A stretch of DNA of 64,000 nucleotides from Eledone cirrhosa (Eukaryota), in NCBI GenBank assembly GCA_964016885.1, contig OZ024740.1, positions 24,800,001-24,864,000 on the forward strand, written 5' to 3'. The notes below the pieces were generated by a model. It saw only the letters and a list, made by a program, of their open reading frames with translations. It searched no databases and had not been told where the DNA came from. Positions 39,334 through 51,787 of the stretch are shown here, piece by piece; position 1 is the stretch's first letter; every line of letters starts with the position of its first letter. A program made the translations under genes and the position numbers.

Positions 39334-42300
39334 TCATGTAACAGACTCTCACCCAGAAGGTGCTCCCTGGCTCAGCAGCAGGGACCTGGCTGTCAACCAA
39401 ATACTGCTAGTGTCGGAGGAAGAACAAGAAGGAAAGGGACCAGAACCAACTGGACGAAAGAATTGAATAGAACTGTTATGCAATGTTACCTGAAGAGTAA
39501 CCCCAAGGAGAAAGGCTATAGGAAACGGATGCATAACATTTGGAACGATATTGGTCTATTTAAATTAGATGAACAAAAATTGGCCGGGCAGGCTCGGGTA
39601 ATAAGAACTAATGGGTGGCTAAGCGAGCTGGAACTGGAGGAACTGAGCAGAGAGATTAGGTTGGAAATGGAGAGTGGAGTATGCCAGGCAAACGAGCCAG
39701 TGGGAAATGAAGGTGAAGAGGTTGAGAGAACGGAGGAACCATCCGAAACAGACAATGATCTGAATGCTGAAATAAATAATACCTGGAACAAAGATACGGC
39801 CATTGAGGAGACGAATGTTGACGGGCTAGGAAAAGATTTGGTTGATATCCTAAATTTAGTGGTAGATGAATTGAACAATGATAGTGGGAAACCTATGAAC
39901 CTAAGATTTGTAGACAGGAAAAAGTTAAAAGAAAAAACAGCTAAGGTAAACAAAGTCATCCCATACCTTGAGGCGAGGAGCCTTCAACAGTGCAACAATA
40001 TCCTCAAAGCAACAGCAGATGCGGTGAGGAAATTAGTTGGTATAAAAGCGAGAGGAAACAACAAACAAGAAAGATCAGAGCCTTGGTGGAAGAAACGACT
40101 GAATAGTCAAATCAGGGAAACGAGAAATGACATTGGAAAGCTTGAGTCCCTACTGAATGGGACACTAAAAAACATAGACACTAAAAATAGACTGGAAATA
40201 AAGTACAAAGCTAGGAGGAAAAAGATATATATTATCATAGAGGAACTGAAGCAAGGAATTGTAGCAAAGAGTGCAAAAATTAGGCGATACGAGAGCAGAG
40301 TCAGTCAGTATAGACAGAACCGCATGTTTGACAACAACCAGAAGATGTTGTTTGGACAGCTTGAATTGAAAGAAAGAGGCAACGACTTGATCCCTGAGGC
40401 GGAACAAACTAAAACATTCTGGAGAGGAATATGGGAGCAGGATGTTAAACATAATGACCAGGCAGTGTGGATTGAGACAGTACAAGAGGAGATTAGTGAA
40501 CAGGCACACCAACAAACTGATTTGAGTATCACAGTCGAAACTCTTAAGGGGCAGGCCAAAAAACTAACCAACTGGAAATCACCAGGCCCAGATGGTGTGC
40601 AGGGGTATTGGATTAAAAATATAACATCCCTCCACCCGAAACTGACAACCATGTTCTATGACTGCTTGATGTCAGGTGAGGTACCAGGGTGGTTGACAAA
40701 AGGTACCACAGTTCTGGTAATGAAAGACCGAATCAAGGTTAATGATGTTACCAACTATAGACCTATCACATGTCTGTCCGTAATGTGGAAACTGTTGACA
40801 AGCCTTATGTCTGAGGAAATCTACCATCACCTCCACACAAACAACTTGTTACCGGACGAACAGAAAGGATGCCGAAAGAAGTCCCGTGGTACAAAGGACC
40901 AGTTACTTATTGATAAGATGGTAATGAGGAATTGCAAGAGGAGACACACTGGTCTTGCCATGGGATGGATAGATTTCAAAAAGGCATTTGACATGGTGCC
41001 TCATTCTTGGATCACCAAAAGCCTAGAGATCTACAAGGTGGCAGATAACATCAGACAGTTGTTGGGCAAAAATATGAAGTCCTGGAAAACAGAGTTAACA
41101 TCAGCTGGAGAATCCTTGGGGGGCGTGAAGATCAAGAGAGGTATCTTCCAGGGAGATAGTCTGTACCCTCTGTTGTTTGTCCTTGCCCTGATGCCCCTGA
41201 CCATTATACTGCGAAAGGTGAGAGCAGGATTCAAGTTGGGAAAGGGAGAGCTTACCATCAATCAACTCCTCTTCATGGACTATCTTAAGCTCTTCGGGAA
41301 GAGTGAGAAGGAGTTGGATGTGCTTGTTGACACTGTCCGTATTTTCAGCAATGATATATGTATGCAGTCTGGTATTGGTAAATGTGGAGTCATTGTGATG
41401 AGGAGGGGTAAGTTGAGCAGAAGTAACGGAATCCAGATACCAACAGGTGAGATGATAAAGGAAATTGACACTGAAGAAGGATACAAGTATTTGGGTGTTC
41501 TGGAGGCTGATGTCATCAAGAACAAAAAAATGAAGGAATTGATAAGATCTGAATACATTCGGAGAGTAAGGAGCGTATTAAAGTCACATCTGAACAGTAG
41601 GAATGCCATAAGTGCAGTAAATTCCTGAGCTGTGTCTATTATTAGGGAATTCTGAGATGGAATGTTGCTGAACAAAAAGAAATGGATAGGAAGACTAGGA
41701 AGCTATTGACTATCTACAACATGTTCCACAAGAGGAGTGATGTCGATAGACTCTACTTAAGGAGACCTGAAGGTAGAAGAGGTCTTATCAGCATAGAGGA
41801 CTGTGTTCAGATGGAGAAAAATAACCTACACAAATACGTGACTGATAGTAAGGAGCCAATGCTCAGAACTGTACTGAAGGAGAGGACAATAGACCAGGGG
41901 ATGTCCAACGAGGAAATAACAACGAGGAGAAAGAGCAGCCTTCATGAAATATCCCTTCATAGTACCTTCTTTGAGAAAACTGAATTTAGAGATCCACAGA
42001 CATGGAACTGGTTGAAAAGAGGAGACCTTAAAAAGGCTACAGAAGGAATGTTAATGGCTGCGCAAGAGCAGGCCCTCAACACGGAGTGGTTGAAACACCA
42101 TATTTACAAGGAGGAGGCTAGCCCACTGTGCAGGATCTGTGGAGAGAGAGAGGAGACTGTGGCTCACATTGTATCCGAGTGTAAACACCTAGCCCAGACT
42201 CACTATAAAGGCTGGAGACATGATGTGATGGGCAAGGTGATCCACTGGTACCTATGCAAAGCAAACAATTTACCACATTCTGAGAAGTGGTATGGGCATA

Positions 42301-42776
42301 AGCCAGAGTCGGTGATAGAAAACGATCAGGTGAAGGTGCTGTGGGATTTTAGGATACAGACGGACAAGAAACTGGAACACAATAGACCTGACCTTGTGGT
42401 TTTGGACAAAGAAAAAAGATCGTGCCTGATTTTAAATGTGGCCTGCCCATTCGACACGAGAGTGAGAGAGAAGGAGAGGGAGAAAATTAACCGATACCAG
42501 GACTTAAAGTGGGAGGTAAAAAGGATTTGGAACTGCCATGAAGTCAAAGTGGTCCCGATTGTCATAGGCGCACTAGGTACTATCTCAAAAAGTTCCAGTG
42601 ATGGTTAAAGAAAATTGGCCCCGCCACGCTTTTTGGAACGCTTCAAAAGGCATGCTTGCTGGGAACAGCAAGAACCCTCCGATACGTCCTGAATATCTGA
42701 GGCTGCAGGTAGTGGCTTGATATTCATTCCAACAAACTTTCCAGTTAACTAACATCAATGACTGAGACTCAAAGAA
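39333..42776 (+). mobile_element. R4/Dong-clade element copy 3, lacking the 5'UTR, inactive
   Basis: ORFs 39133-41628 and 41682-42608; RT motif mutated to FMDY; (TAA)n on both sides; stem-loop tgaatatc...gatattca over the stop codon. Confidence 0.93.
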
Positions 42777-42787
42777 CAATAACAATA

Positions 42788-42817
<30 letters not shown>

Positions 42818-42818
<1 letters not shown>

Positions 42819-43073
42819 TGTGTCTGTAAATTAAAGGTGGAAAACTGGGAGAGGGCACTTGCCCTGGTGGTTAAGGTCACTCTGGCCTTTTAATGGGCTT
42901 TCCCCACAAATGTCCCTCGGAAGTCTCCCCCCTATAGGGGAATTTTTCATTGTTATTTTTATTACATCCTCTGTTTTTTTTACACGCAGAAATGCCCATT
43001 TGTACCGTCCTGTATTGTCCTGTACAGTCATTAATGTCTACTTTATGTAAACCCTTGTGGTTAATAAAGAAAG

Positions 43074-43075
<2 letters not shown>
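42818..43075 (+). mobile_element. Tx1-A 3'-terminal fragment (candidate missing end of A1)
   Basis: Matches 30347-30603; (TAA)n on the left but (TTA)n on the right. Confidence 0.88.
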
Positions 43076-43113
<38 letters not shown>

Positions 43114-43313
43114 ATTATTAACATTATTATTGGTTGTCTTTAGAATTAATGGCGTCACATATTCCCTGCCTTCATCAGTACCGCACTGAAATGAACTCCA
43201 TTGAGACGTTTTGTCTATTTTTCACTATCTTTAAATCTCCACCATTTTTTCTACATAGTATCATTGGTGTTGATGATGCTCGTATTTGTTATTGGCTTGT
43301 TGTTTTGGACGGT

Positions 43314-43665
43314 GTAATTGTTGTTGTTGTTATCGTTGTTGTTGTTGTTGTTATTGTTGTTACTGATATTGTTGTTGTTATTGCTGTTGTTGTTGTTGTT
43401 GTTATTGTTGTAGCTGTTTTTATTGTAGCTGTTGTCGTTATCGTTGCTTTTGTTGTTATTGTTGTTGCTGTTGGTCTTATTGTTGCTGCTCTTATTGTTG
43501 TTGCTGTTGTTGTTATTGTTGTTACTGTTGTTGCTATTGTTGTTACTGTTGTTGTTATTGTTGTTGCTGTTGTTATTGTTGTTGCTGTTGTTGTTATTGC
43601 TGTAGCTATTGTTATTGTAGCTGTTGTCGTTATCGTTGCTGTTGTTGTTATTGTAGCTGTTGCCG
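43314..43665. repeat. Degenerate (GTT)n array
   Basis: Direct inspection. Confidence 0.9.
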
Positions 43666-43916
43666 CAGTGCACATTGTTTCATTATTGCCTTCTCTTACA
43701 AAATAGATTGTCGTTGATAAGATAAGACAGACGAAGTGGTCTGATCCAAAGTAATTAATATAACTTACACACACACATACACACACATACACACACATAC
43801 ACACACATACAGACATATACACACTCATGCACACTCATGCCACACATGCGCATGTGAGATTACATATACTCACACGAGAACAGGCATTCGCGAACAAGTG
43901 CATACACACATAGAGG

Positions 43917-43964
43917 TATATATATGTTTATGTATATGTATATGTATATTTATATATATATATG

Positions 43965-44016
<52 letters not shown>

Positions 44017-44267
44017 CGTATATATATGTACGTTTGTGTATATATTTATGTATATATGTTATATATGTATATACATATGTTTACATGTTTAATTGTTGCA
44101 TATATATGTGTATATATACATATATATAAATATATATATGTATATATATGTATATATATACATATATATATATGTGTATGTATATATATGTTATATATGT
44201 ATATACATATGTTTACATGTTTAAATGTTGTATATATATGTATATATATACATATATATATATATAA

Positions 44268-44298
<31 letters not shown>

Positions 44299-44318
44299 CA
44301 TATATGTATGTATGTATG

Positions 44319-44416
<98 letters not shown>

Positions 44417-44539
44417 TAAATATATATATATACATACACATGAATACATTGAAATAATCGTTTGTCTAAGTAGAATGTGTAATGGCGTAATAACGAAAGT
44501 TGTAATTAATAAAGAGATGATTCAAATTTGTTAGCTTTT

Positions 44540-44589
<50 letters not shown>

Positions 44590-44648
44590 GCACGAATACA
44601 CACACGCATATATATATATATATATATATATACGCACGAATACACACA

Positions 44649-44687
<39 letters not shown>

Positions 44688-44696
44688 GCACGAATA
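43917..44696. repeat. Long degenerate (TA)n arrays
   Basis: Direct inspection. Confidence 0.95.
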
Positions 44697-45126
44697 GATT
44701 TCAGTAGCCATTATTTACAGTGATGGCGATAATATTGATATTGCTGTTGATGATATGTTGACGACGACCAAGAGGATAATGGTAGTAATAGGATAATATG
44801 AAGTATATGCTGACAATGATGTGGGTCATTATTATGTATGATATCTTCAGCTTTTAGTTGTCGATAATGGTGACTATGATGATGACTATATCTGTAATAC
44901 TGTTGATGTTAGTTTTGATGATCATGAAGATAATGGCGTTGAAGGGCAGACTAGCTAATTGTTTCCTGCTGGGAATTGTACTTTGAAAGTAGTTAAAGGA
45001 TGATACATAAAGGAATGTATTCACACTTGTGAATCCTGTTATATTTAACTATTTCTAATATCAATTGTATTAAATTCTTCCCAAGTAATGTATGTCTAAC
45101 CTATTAATTGAATGTGTATGTAGATG

Positions 45127-45242
<116 letters not shown>

Positions 45243-45282
45243 CCTTCGTCTCTCTGGTTCTTTCCGTCTCTCACTATTATAG

Positions 45283-45436
45283 GCAAATGGGATCTCACGA
45301 CCTGGCAGCCCCATGGACCCGGCGGACAGAATAGTGAAGACGAAGACGTTTCCCTGGAGAATGGTAAGGGAGTCGCATTGGAAGAGCCATTCCAGTCATC
45401 GAGACTGCCACCTGCGGGTAGCCAACTCCGATGGTG
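45283..45436 (+). CDS. Candidate internal exon of an unidentified host gene
   Basis: Long pyrimidine tract plus TAG acceptor at 45280-45282; GC-rich; donors GTAAGG (after 45363) and GTGAGT (after 45436); two frames open. No homolog recognised. Confidence 0.4.
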
Positions 45437-45749
45437 GTGAGTAGTGAGGTGGTCCTATGGATAAGATTACTAGAAGTCTCCACTGCCTTATTAAAATCCT
45501 TGTTGGCAATGCTACCTTTGTTGATTGGCTGAATCGTTAGATCTTCTGATAAAATGGATTTAGATTCGGTGTTCAATCATAGGGAGGTCAAATGGGTAAT
45601 TCGGCGTTTCATGATCGATAAATTAAGGGAAATGTCAAGAACTGGAGTTGAATTATTTGTCGAAAACCTCCTCTACAGTTTCTGTATCTATAATAGCAGT
45701 CGTTAGAACGTTCTATAGAATGATTTGTTGTATTCGTTTCGGTTCTTTA

Positions 45750-45840
45750 TTTCCGAAGTCCAAATCTCGCCGAGGTCTACTTTGACTTTCAGCCATTCCA
45801 GGTCGATAAACATATACCAGTAAACAACTGGGGTCGATTC
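45750..45840 (+). mobile_element. Old partial Nin-domain SINE
   Basis: cgccgaggtctactttgactttcagccattccaggtcgataaa. Confidence 0.65.
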
Positions 45841-46260
45841 TTCTATATATCCTTCTTACTTATATTCTCTCACGCCCTATCTTTCTCTGGAAGTAACCTG
45901 ATGTCTTCAGACCCGAGATGGGCTCCAACAGATTTCAACAATGCCCTAACACGGCCGTATGTCAATACAGAGCCTCTACCCCCTCCCCAGGGGTCCCCAG
46001 AGTTAACTCCTCTACGACACCCCCAGGGGTTACGAGTCCGTACATGCATCTATGGTAGAGACTAAAAATATCGTTATTGTTAGACCGACGAACAAAAAGG
46101 CTTAGCCGTATTTAGTTCCGGCTCTCTGCTTTCCGGCGTCAATAAGATAAAATGCCAGTAATAAACGGTGGGAAGGGGCGTTGTGTTATCGATTTTCTTC
46201 TTTCCTAAAACTGTAGTCAATGTACCTAAACTAGAAAATAATAATTATTATTTGTAGAAG

Positions 46261-46657
46261 GGCGGTGGATTGGCAGTATCGGTAGAGCGTCGGACGCCAT
46301 GCTTTCCAACATAGAGTTACCGCCCTTGCCATTCTGATTTCAAATCCCGGTTAACTTTGCCTTTCATCCTTACAGGGTCGATAAAATAAAGTACCAGTAA
46401 TGCACTGGGACATATTTAATCGACTTTTCCTTTCCCTTCAAATTACTGGCCCGTTGTAGAAACAATTATTGTGGATTGGCAGTATCGGTGGAGAGTCGGA
46501 TGCCATGCTTTCCAGCATAGTTACGTCCCTTTACGGTCTGAGTTCAAATCCCGCCGAGGTTAACTTTGCCTTTCATCCTTACGGGGTCGATAAAATAAAG
46601 TACCAGTAATGTACTGGGCAATTGCTGGCCTTGTTCCCATTGCAGAAACAATTATTA
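46261..46657 (+). mobile_element. Two tandem Nin-domain SINEs (46261-46470 and 46471-46657)
   Basis: Two head-core-tail units, each ending in agaaacaattatt. Confidence 0.9.
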
Positions 46658-47541
46658 GTATTGCATATTTGTCATTGATGTGCTGGGGTCCTCCCTCGTT
46701 GTGGTGTTTCGCACTTGTTTTCAAGGCTGTGTACCCCAAATATATATATAGAGTGTCATACTGGGGCACCATGGATGGAGACATCATAACAGTTGTATGA
46801 TAGCAACAACGGCAGCAACTACGATAGCAACAGCAGCAACAACGGCAGCAACTACGATAGCAACAGCAGCAACAACAGCATCAATAACAAAAACGGCAAC
46901 AACGGCAGCAACGGCGACCTACCATTCATATGAAGTAATATAACTTTATCCCTATAAGTATACCTATCAATTAATTTCATTTCTTGTTATAGATCTAGAT
47001 TCCTTGTGGTTTAAATAACATTGCTATTTCTCACTACTAGCCTTACCCTAAAATGTTATTGCCTTCGTTTTTAACATTATTCTTTGATAGCATCAAATTT
47101 TCGTGTACCCTTCAATATCTTCTTGGCTAGACCTCTTTTCATCCCCAAAGTATTCTTTTCATTCAAAACACAAGTCTGCACTCCTCTACCCCTAAATTAA
47201 ATATCTACTACTGCTATTCTATCAACTTGACCTCTAACTACTTTTCTATTGGTCAATTCAAAACCTGTTCCCAAACAGACCTTTTATATTAAATATTTGT
47301 TGTTTTTTTTCAATAAACACATCTCATCATTTCTGAGGACGGCATGTATATGTGAAGGTATGTATATTTCCTCTGATAATTTGTAATATCTTTACATAGA
47401 TCTATATAAAATATACATACCAACACACATATACATCCCAGAAACGATCGTAAAATGATGAATTTTTTTAATATAAGGAACTTGTTCTTTATTTTTATTT
47501 CATTGTTTTTATTAATTTACACACACACACACACACACACG

Positions 47542-47626
<85 letters not shown>

Positions 47627-47631
47627 ACACG

Positions 47632-47724
<93 letters not shown>

Positions 47725-47823
47725 TTAAGGTAAACATTGTTGCAAATCAATTCAAGAATTCAACCACTCAACGTACTTTTTCCACATATCTGTGACGAAG
47801 TATATTTAGAAAATGAAAATGCG

Positions 47824-48091
47824 AAGTAGTTTCAGATGTTAAAGTCTTTATTGATAATGCTGTGATATATATTTCAATGAGGGCAGTGGCCACACTCTTC
47901 AGTATACCCAGTGCCGTGACATCACCAGACAGTTTCTTTCATAATGTTTCCGAGGCAATCCAAATTGAATCGACAAGGGAACGGAAAACGCGGGTGTTCT
48001 TGAATCCTTCGTCCTTTCCCTTGTCCACTTTCGTCATTGAAATATGTATCACAGCATTATCATTAAAGGACTTTAACATCTGAAACTACTT
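47824..48091. repeat. Fold-back with ~57-bp arms (47824-47880 / 48034-48091) and a decayed HHR-like motif on the minus strand
   Basis: Arms are near-perfect reverse complements; minus strand reads CTGAAGA...GAAATATATATC. Confidence 0.75.
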
Positions 48092-48258
48092 AGCATTCAA
48101 AAGATGAAGTTGGAAATAACACTGGAGATACATTTAAGGATCTGCTTTTCTTTTTTGATTCGTCAAAGTGACATTATTGAAAAGATAATGTTATTAAAAA
48201 ATGAGAGGGACAATTCTTTTTTAAAAAAATATTTATTATATATAAAAAGTATATGAAG

Positions 48259-48301
48259 ACATTACCGGTTTCGATGTATTAAAATCCAACTCATCAAATG
48301 T
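48259..48301 (-). ncRNA. Minimal hammerhead-like motif with a C3-to-U core change
   Basis: acat-TTGATGA-...-GAAA-CCGG-TA-atgt; palindromic ACCGGT stem III. Confidence 0.5.
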
Positions 48302-48392
48302 AGAGTATACAAAATTAAAATCCAACTCATCAAATGTAGAGTATACAAAATTAAAATCCAACTCATCAAATGTAGAGTATACAAAATTAAAA
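48279..48392. repeat. 36-bp tandem repeat x3
   Basis: Unit ttaaaatccaactcatcaaatgtagagtatacaaaa. Confidence 0.95.
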
Positions 48393-48429
48393 AGAGTTGA
48401 TAGGAGTAAAAAAACGAAAGGTTTAAAAT

Positions 48430-48547
48430 TATAATCAAAATCAAAATCGAATGTTTGAATAAATTTACTTCCATTCTGCTTGCTGAAATGTTGGGTTCAG
48501 CAAGCAGGATGGAAGAAAATGTATTCAAACATTCGATTTTGATTTTG

Positions 48548-48553
<6 letters not shown>
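48430..48553. repeat. Hairpin with ~58-bp arms
   Basis: ataatcaaaatcaaaatcgaatgtttgaata...tattcaaacattcgattttgattttgattat. Confidence 0.9.
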
Positions 48554-48586
<33 letters not shown>

Positions 48587-48708
48587 GTAGGTCCCGGGTT
48601 GAGTCGGGGATAACCACAGTAAGTAAGGTACTCAATACATGGCAAAGTAATTTTTTTTATTTTATAGAAGGAGCTTCTACAGGACTAGTTCAGATGAAAT
48701 CTTCAGGA

Positions 48709-48759
48709 AGCTTCCTGAAGATTTCATCTGAATGAAACAGTACTAGTCCTGTAGAAGCT
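48709..48759 (+). ncRNA. Type I hammerhead ribozyme motif within a palindrome (48655-48776)
   Basis: agcttc-CTGAAGA-(ttca/tgaa)-GAAA-cag-8nt-ctg-TA-gaagct; the mirror copy lacks the GAAA segment. Confidence 0.7.
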
Positions 48760-48772
48760 CCTTCTATAAAAT

Positions 48773-48799
<27 letters not shown>

Positions 48800-48808
<9 letters not shown>

Positions 48809-49376
48809 TAAACGGAAAAGAAAATGCTGACAAATTGTTCCCAGTGAAGAATAGTTTAATTAGGAATAAGTAAAAATAAGTAATATATTGGTTAGTATTC
48901 AGTTTTGGTTTTAAGTTTTACCGGTTGCGCATTTCTAATGCTTTTCAAAAATAATTTTGTGATAGAGCGCCCGTGATGTTTGCTCTAATCTGATTAGTTT
49001 TGGAAATTCTAGTTGTTTTATGTGAAAAAAGTGGCTCCAGGTGTATTAAAATAAGTTTCGCACCAATTCGTGTTGCAAAAATTCTTGTGGTTAAAACAAT
49101 TTTGATTGGTCGGTAGAGGTCATGTGAATGTTAAATATGATTTTGCGCCAAATGTAGGTTTGTGTCGGCTGATTGAGAAGTCACTGAAAAATAAGTCTTT
49201 CAAAACAAATATGTGTGTGTGTGTGTAGTAGTAGTAAAGAGGTTCGTTGTTGTGATAATGGTCAGCAGGGATGTGTGTGCGGACCAATATTATTACTAAT
49301 TTTTGCTTATTCCTAATTAAACTATTTTTCACTGGGAACAATTTGTCAGTATTTTCTTTTCCGTTTACCAATATAT
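48800..49376 (-). mobile_element. Short PLE-like fragment with ~92-bp inverted arms
   Basis: 48800-48892 is the inverse of 49283-49376; the spacer has a weak ALEMR...KPKLN GIY-YIG C-terminal remnant. Confidence 0.6.
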
Positions 49377-49465
49377 CATAACTCGTGTGTTACACCTCTA
49401 TTCTTTTATATATATATATAGTGACGAAACATAAGTCAATTGCATGAACTCATAATCCTTTATTT

Positions 49466-49521
49466 ACTGCTATATATATTTCGATGATAGCCATTGAATG
49501 GCTATGACCTCATCAGGCAGT
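49466..49521 (-). ncRNA. Minimal type I hammerhead ribozyme motif
   Basis: actgc-CTGATGA-ggtcatagccatt c aatggctatcatc-GAAA-tatata-TA-gcagt. Confidence 0.8.
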
Positions 49522-49831
49522 TAGTCAGTTCTTAGATATGCCAGCTCTGTGTTTATGGTGTTGATGGTATCAGAGCCTTGGGACATATGAGCTTGTTAGG
49601 AATAATTTAATGTTGTCAGCAGGAATAGTCATAATTCTCACTGGTCAGTTTGTAGATGGTAGTAGGGTTAGTATTTGATCTGAAAGAGGCAGGTGGTGTT
49701 GTAAAGTCCAAACCGTCAGGCAAGATAACAATAGTTCCATATGACTGATTTTCACAAAAAGCATTCCTGGTCAGATATATATTCAATTGAGGTTTATAGT
49801 GTGAAATTCGATACTACAGGTCATTCTTAAC

Positions 49832-50140
49832 TTGAGGAATTTATGTGGAGTGGTACTACTGAAAAATTATGTTTAGAATAGAATACTAGAAAATTTACAT
49901 ATAAAAAGACTTATGTTGGTTGACTTGCACATATACTCACACCCACCCCCACAGACACACACACACATCCACACATACAAATTGAGGAATTAATATGGGG
50001 TGGTAATACTGAAAATTATGGTTAGAGTCAAATACTTAGAAAGTTTAGAAATTTTAGAAATAAAAAGACTTATGTTGGTTGACTTGTACATTCACTCGCA
50101 CCTCCCCTTCAGACACACACACACACCTACACACACAAAT
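49832..50140. repeat. Diverged ~155-bp tandem duplication
   Basis: 49832-49981 resembles 49982-50140. Confidence 0.85.
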
Positions 50141-50734
50141 CCATACAGGTGTGTATATATATATGTACGCACAAGTGTATATATATATATACAACAGAGG
50201 CCCCAAATCCAAGTATAAGGCAGACATAAAACTAGGTGGGTGTTATTTTTAAAGAAAAGTAAATGGGTGTTTGGAAAAGTTATTGTTTAGACTAGACAAA
50301 AGTAGAGTGTGATATATATCTTCGAAGCAATAGCTTGGGTGCCTTGGAACTTAGGCGAATCCCTTAGTACAGACACACACATCCACCCAGACTGTTATAC
50401 CTCTGGATGCGCGTGTATGTCTATATACACATGTGCACTCATACAAGAGAGCATATACAAATATACTCTTAAGTATACACTCGAACATTTTTCAAATGCA
50501 ATATTGATATATATATATATGCTTGATGGTTTCTTTTGACTGAAACTGTTCTTATCATGTAGAAGGCATTTATATATATATATATGAACATTGCATTGAA
50601 TTACCATCTTTGCCGTATTTTTTTTACTACAGAATATAGTCTAATATTAACAGACATATAAGCCACTAGAACGGTGAATGCACTAATTCAATTCAATTTT
50701 CAAATTACTCCGCCATTCTCAAATCACGTGATGT

Positions 50735-50776
<42 letters not shown>

Positions 50777-50892
50777 TTAAAGTCATGAGTTCGAATACAT
50801 TTTAAAAGGAGTGAAACTACAAAATGGAATATAGAATTATGGAATATGAGGAAAAACAATATTTTCGGAAAATATATCATCGTTTAGTCTCA

Positions 50893-50958
<66 letters not shown>

Positions 50959-51464
50959 TCTATTATATGCCCCACTGTCCTTTTTCACTCCTCACTCTCT
51001 CTCTCCCTTTCTTTATCACTATCCCCTCCATACAGACACAGACACACACACACACTCTCTCTCTCTCTCATACACACACACACACGCATTTACACACAAT
51101 CTTCCATCACTGCTCAGTTTTCTCTGCCTCTATCTCACCTACTCATTCTTACCATACACTACTCATAGATATTTGAGATAACAAAATACATATTCGGTAA
51201 TGTCGCCACCTATACCATCATCACTCTCGTTCTTATCTTTCCCTGTTCTAGCTTCAAATACGTTTATACTAACAGAAATGCCAGGTTTAATGTAACAGAT
51301 GTTTACATTGAAATCTGTGTGGTATATTAATTATTTACCGTATGTTCTTTGTTTTTTAGAGTTTGGGTGTGATGTTGACAGCAAGGCTTTTAATTCTTGT
51401 GCTAGGGGCTTGCTCTGGTGCATATCCTCTTCAGTGTTCAACTTTCATTATCTTATCATGCATT

Positions 51465-51576
51465 CTGAGTTCAAATCCCGCCGAGGTTAACTTTGCCTTT
51501 CGTCCTTACGGGGTCGATAAAATAAAGTACCAGTAATACACTGGGTATTTGCTGACCTTGTGCCAAAAGTAGAACA
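51465..51576 (+). mobile_element. 5'-truncated Nin-domain SINE
   Basis: 18-bp TSD attatcttatcatgcatt at 51447-51464 and 51577-51594. Confidence 0.9.
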
Positions 51577-51600
51577 ATTATCTTATCATGCATTATATAA

Positions 51601-51787
51601 GGGCGGTCGAATGGCAGTATTGGTAGAGGGTCAGACGCCATGCTTTGACGCATAGAGTTACAGCTCTTTCCATTATGAGTTCAAATCCCGCCGAGGTTAA
51701 CTTTGCCTTTCATCATTACAGGGTCGATAAAATAAAGTACCATTAATGCACTGGGTAACGGCTGGCCTTGTGCCAAATGCAGAAACA
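51601..51787 (+). mobile_element. Full-length Nin-domain SINE
   Basis: Head, core and tail present; TSD attatataa. Confidence 0.9.

Noticed and set aside
43251-43834. Mucin-like Thr-rich ORF
   Set aside because: Degenerate (AAC)n repeat; several frames open and no convincing splice or start context.
46261-46350. tRNA genes at SINE heads
   Set aside because: A/B boxes only, no full cloverleaf; followed by SINE core and tail.
48279-48392. CRISPR-like 36-bp repeats
   Set aside because: Head-to-tail with no spacers, in a eukaryotic context.
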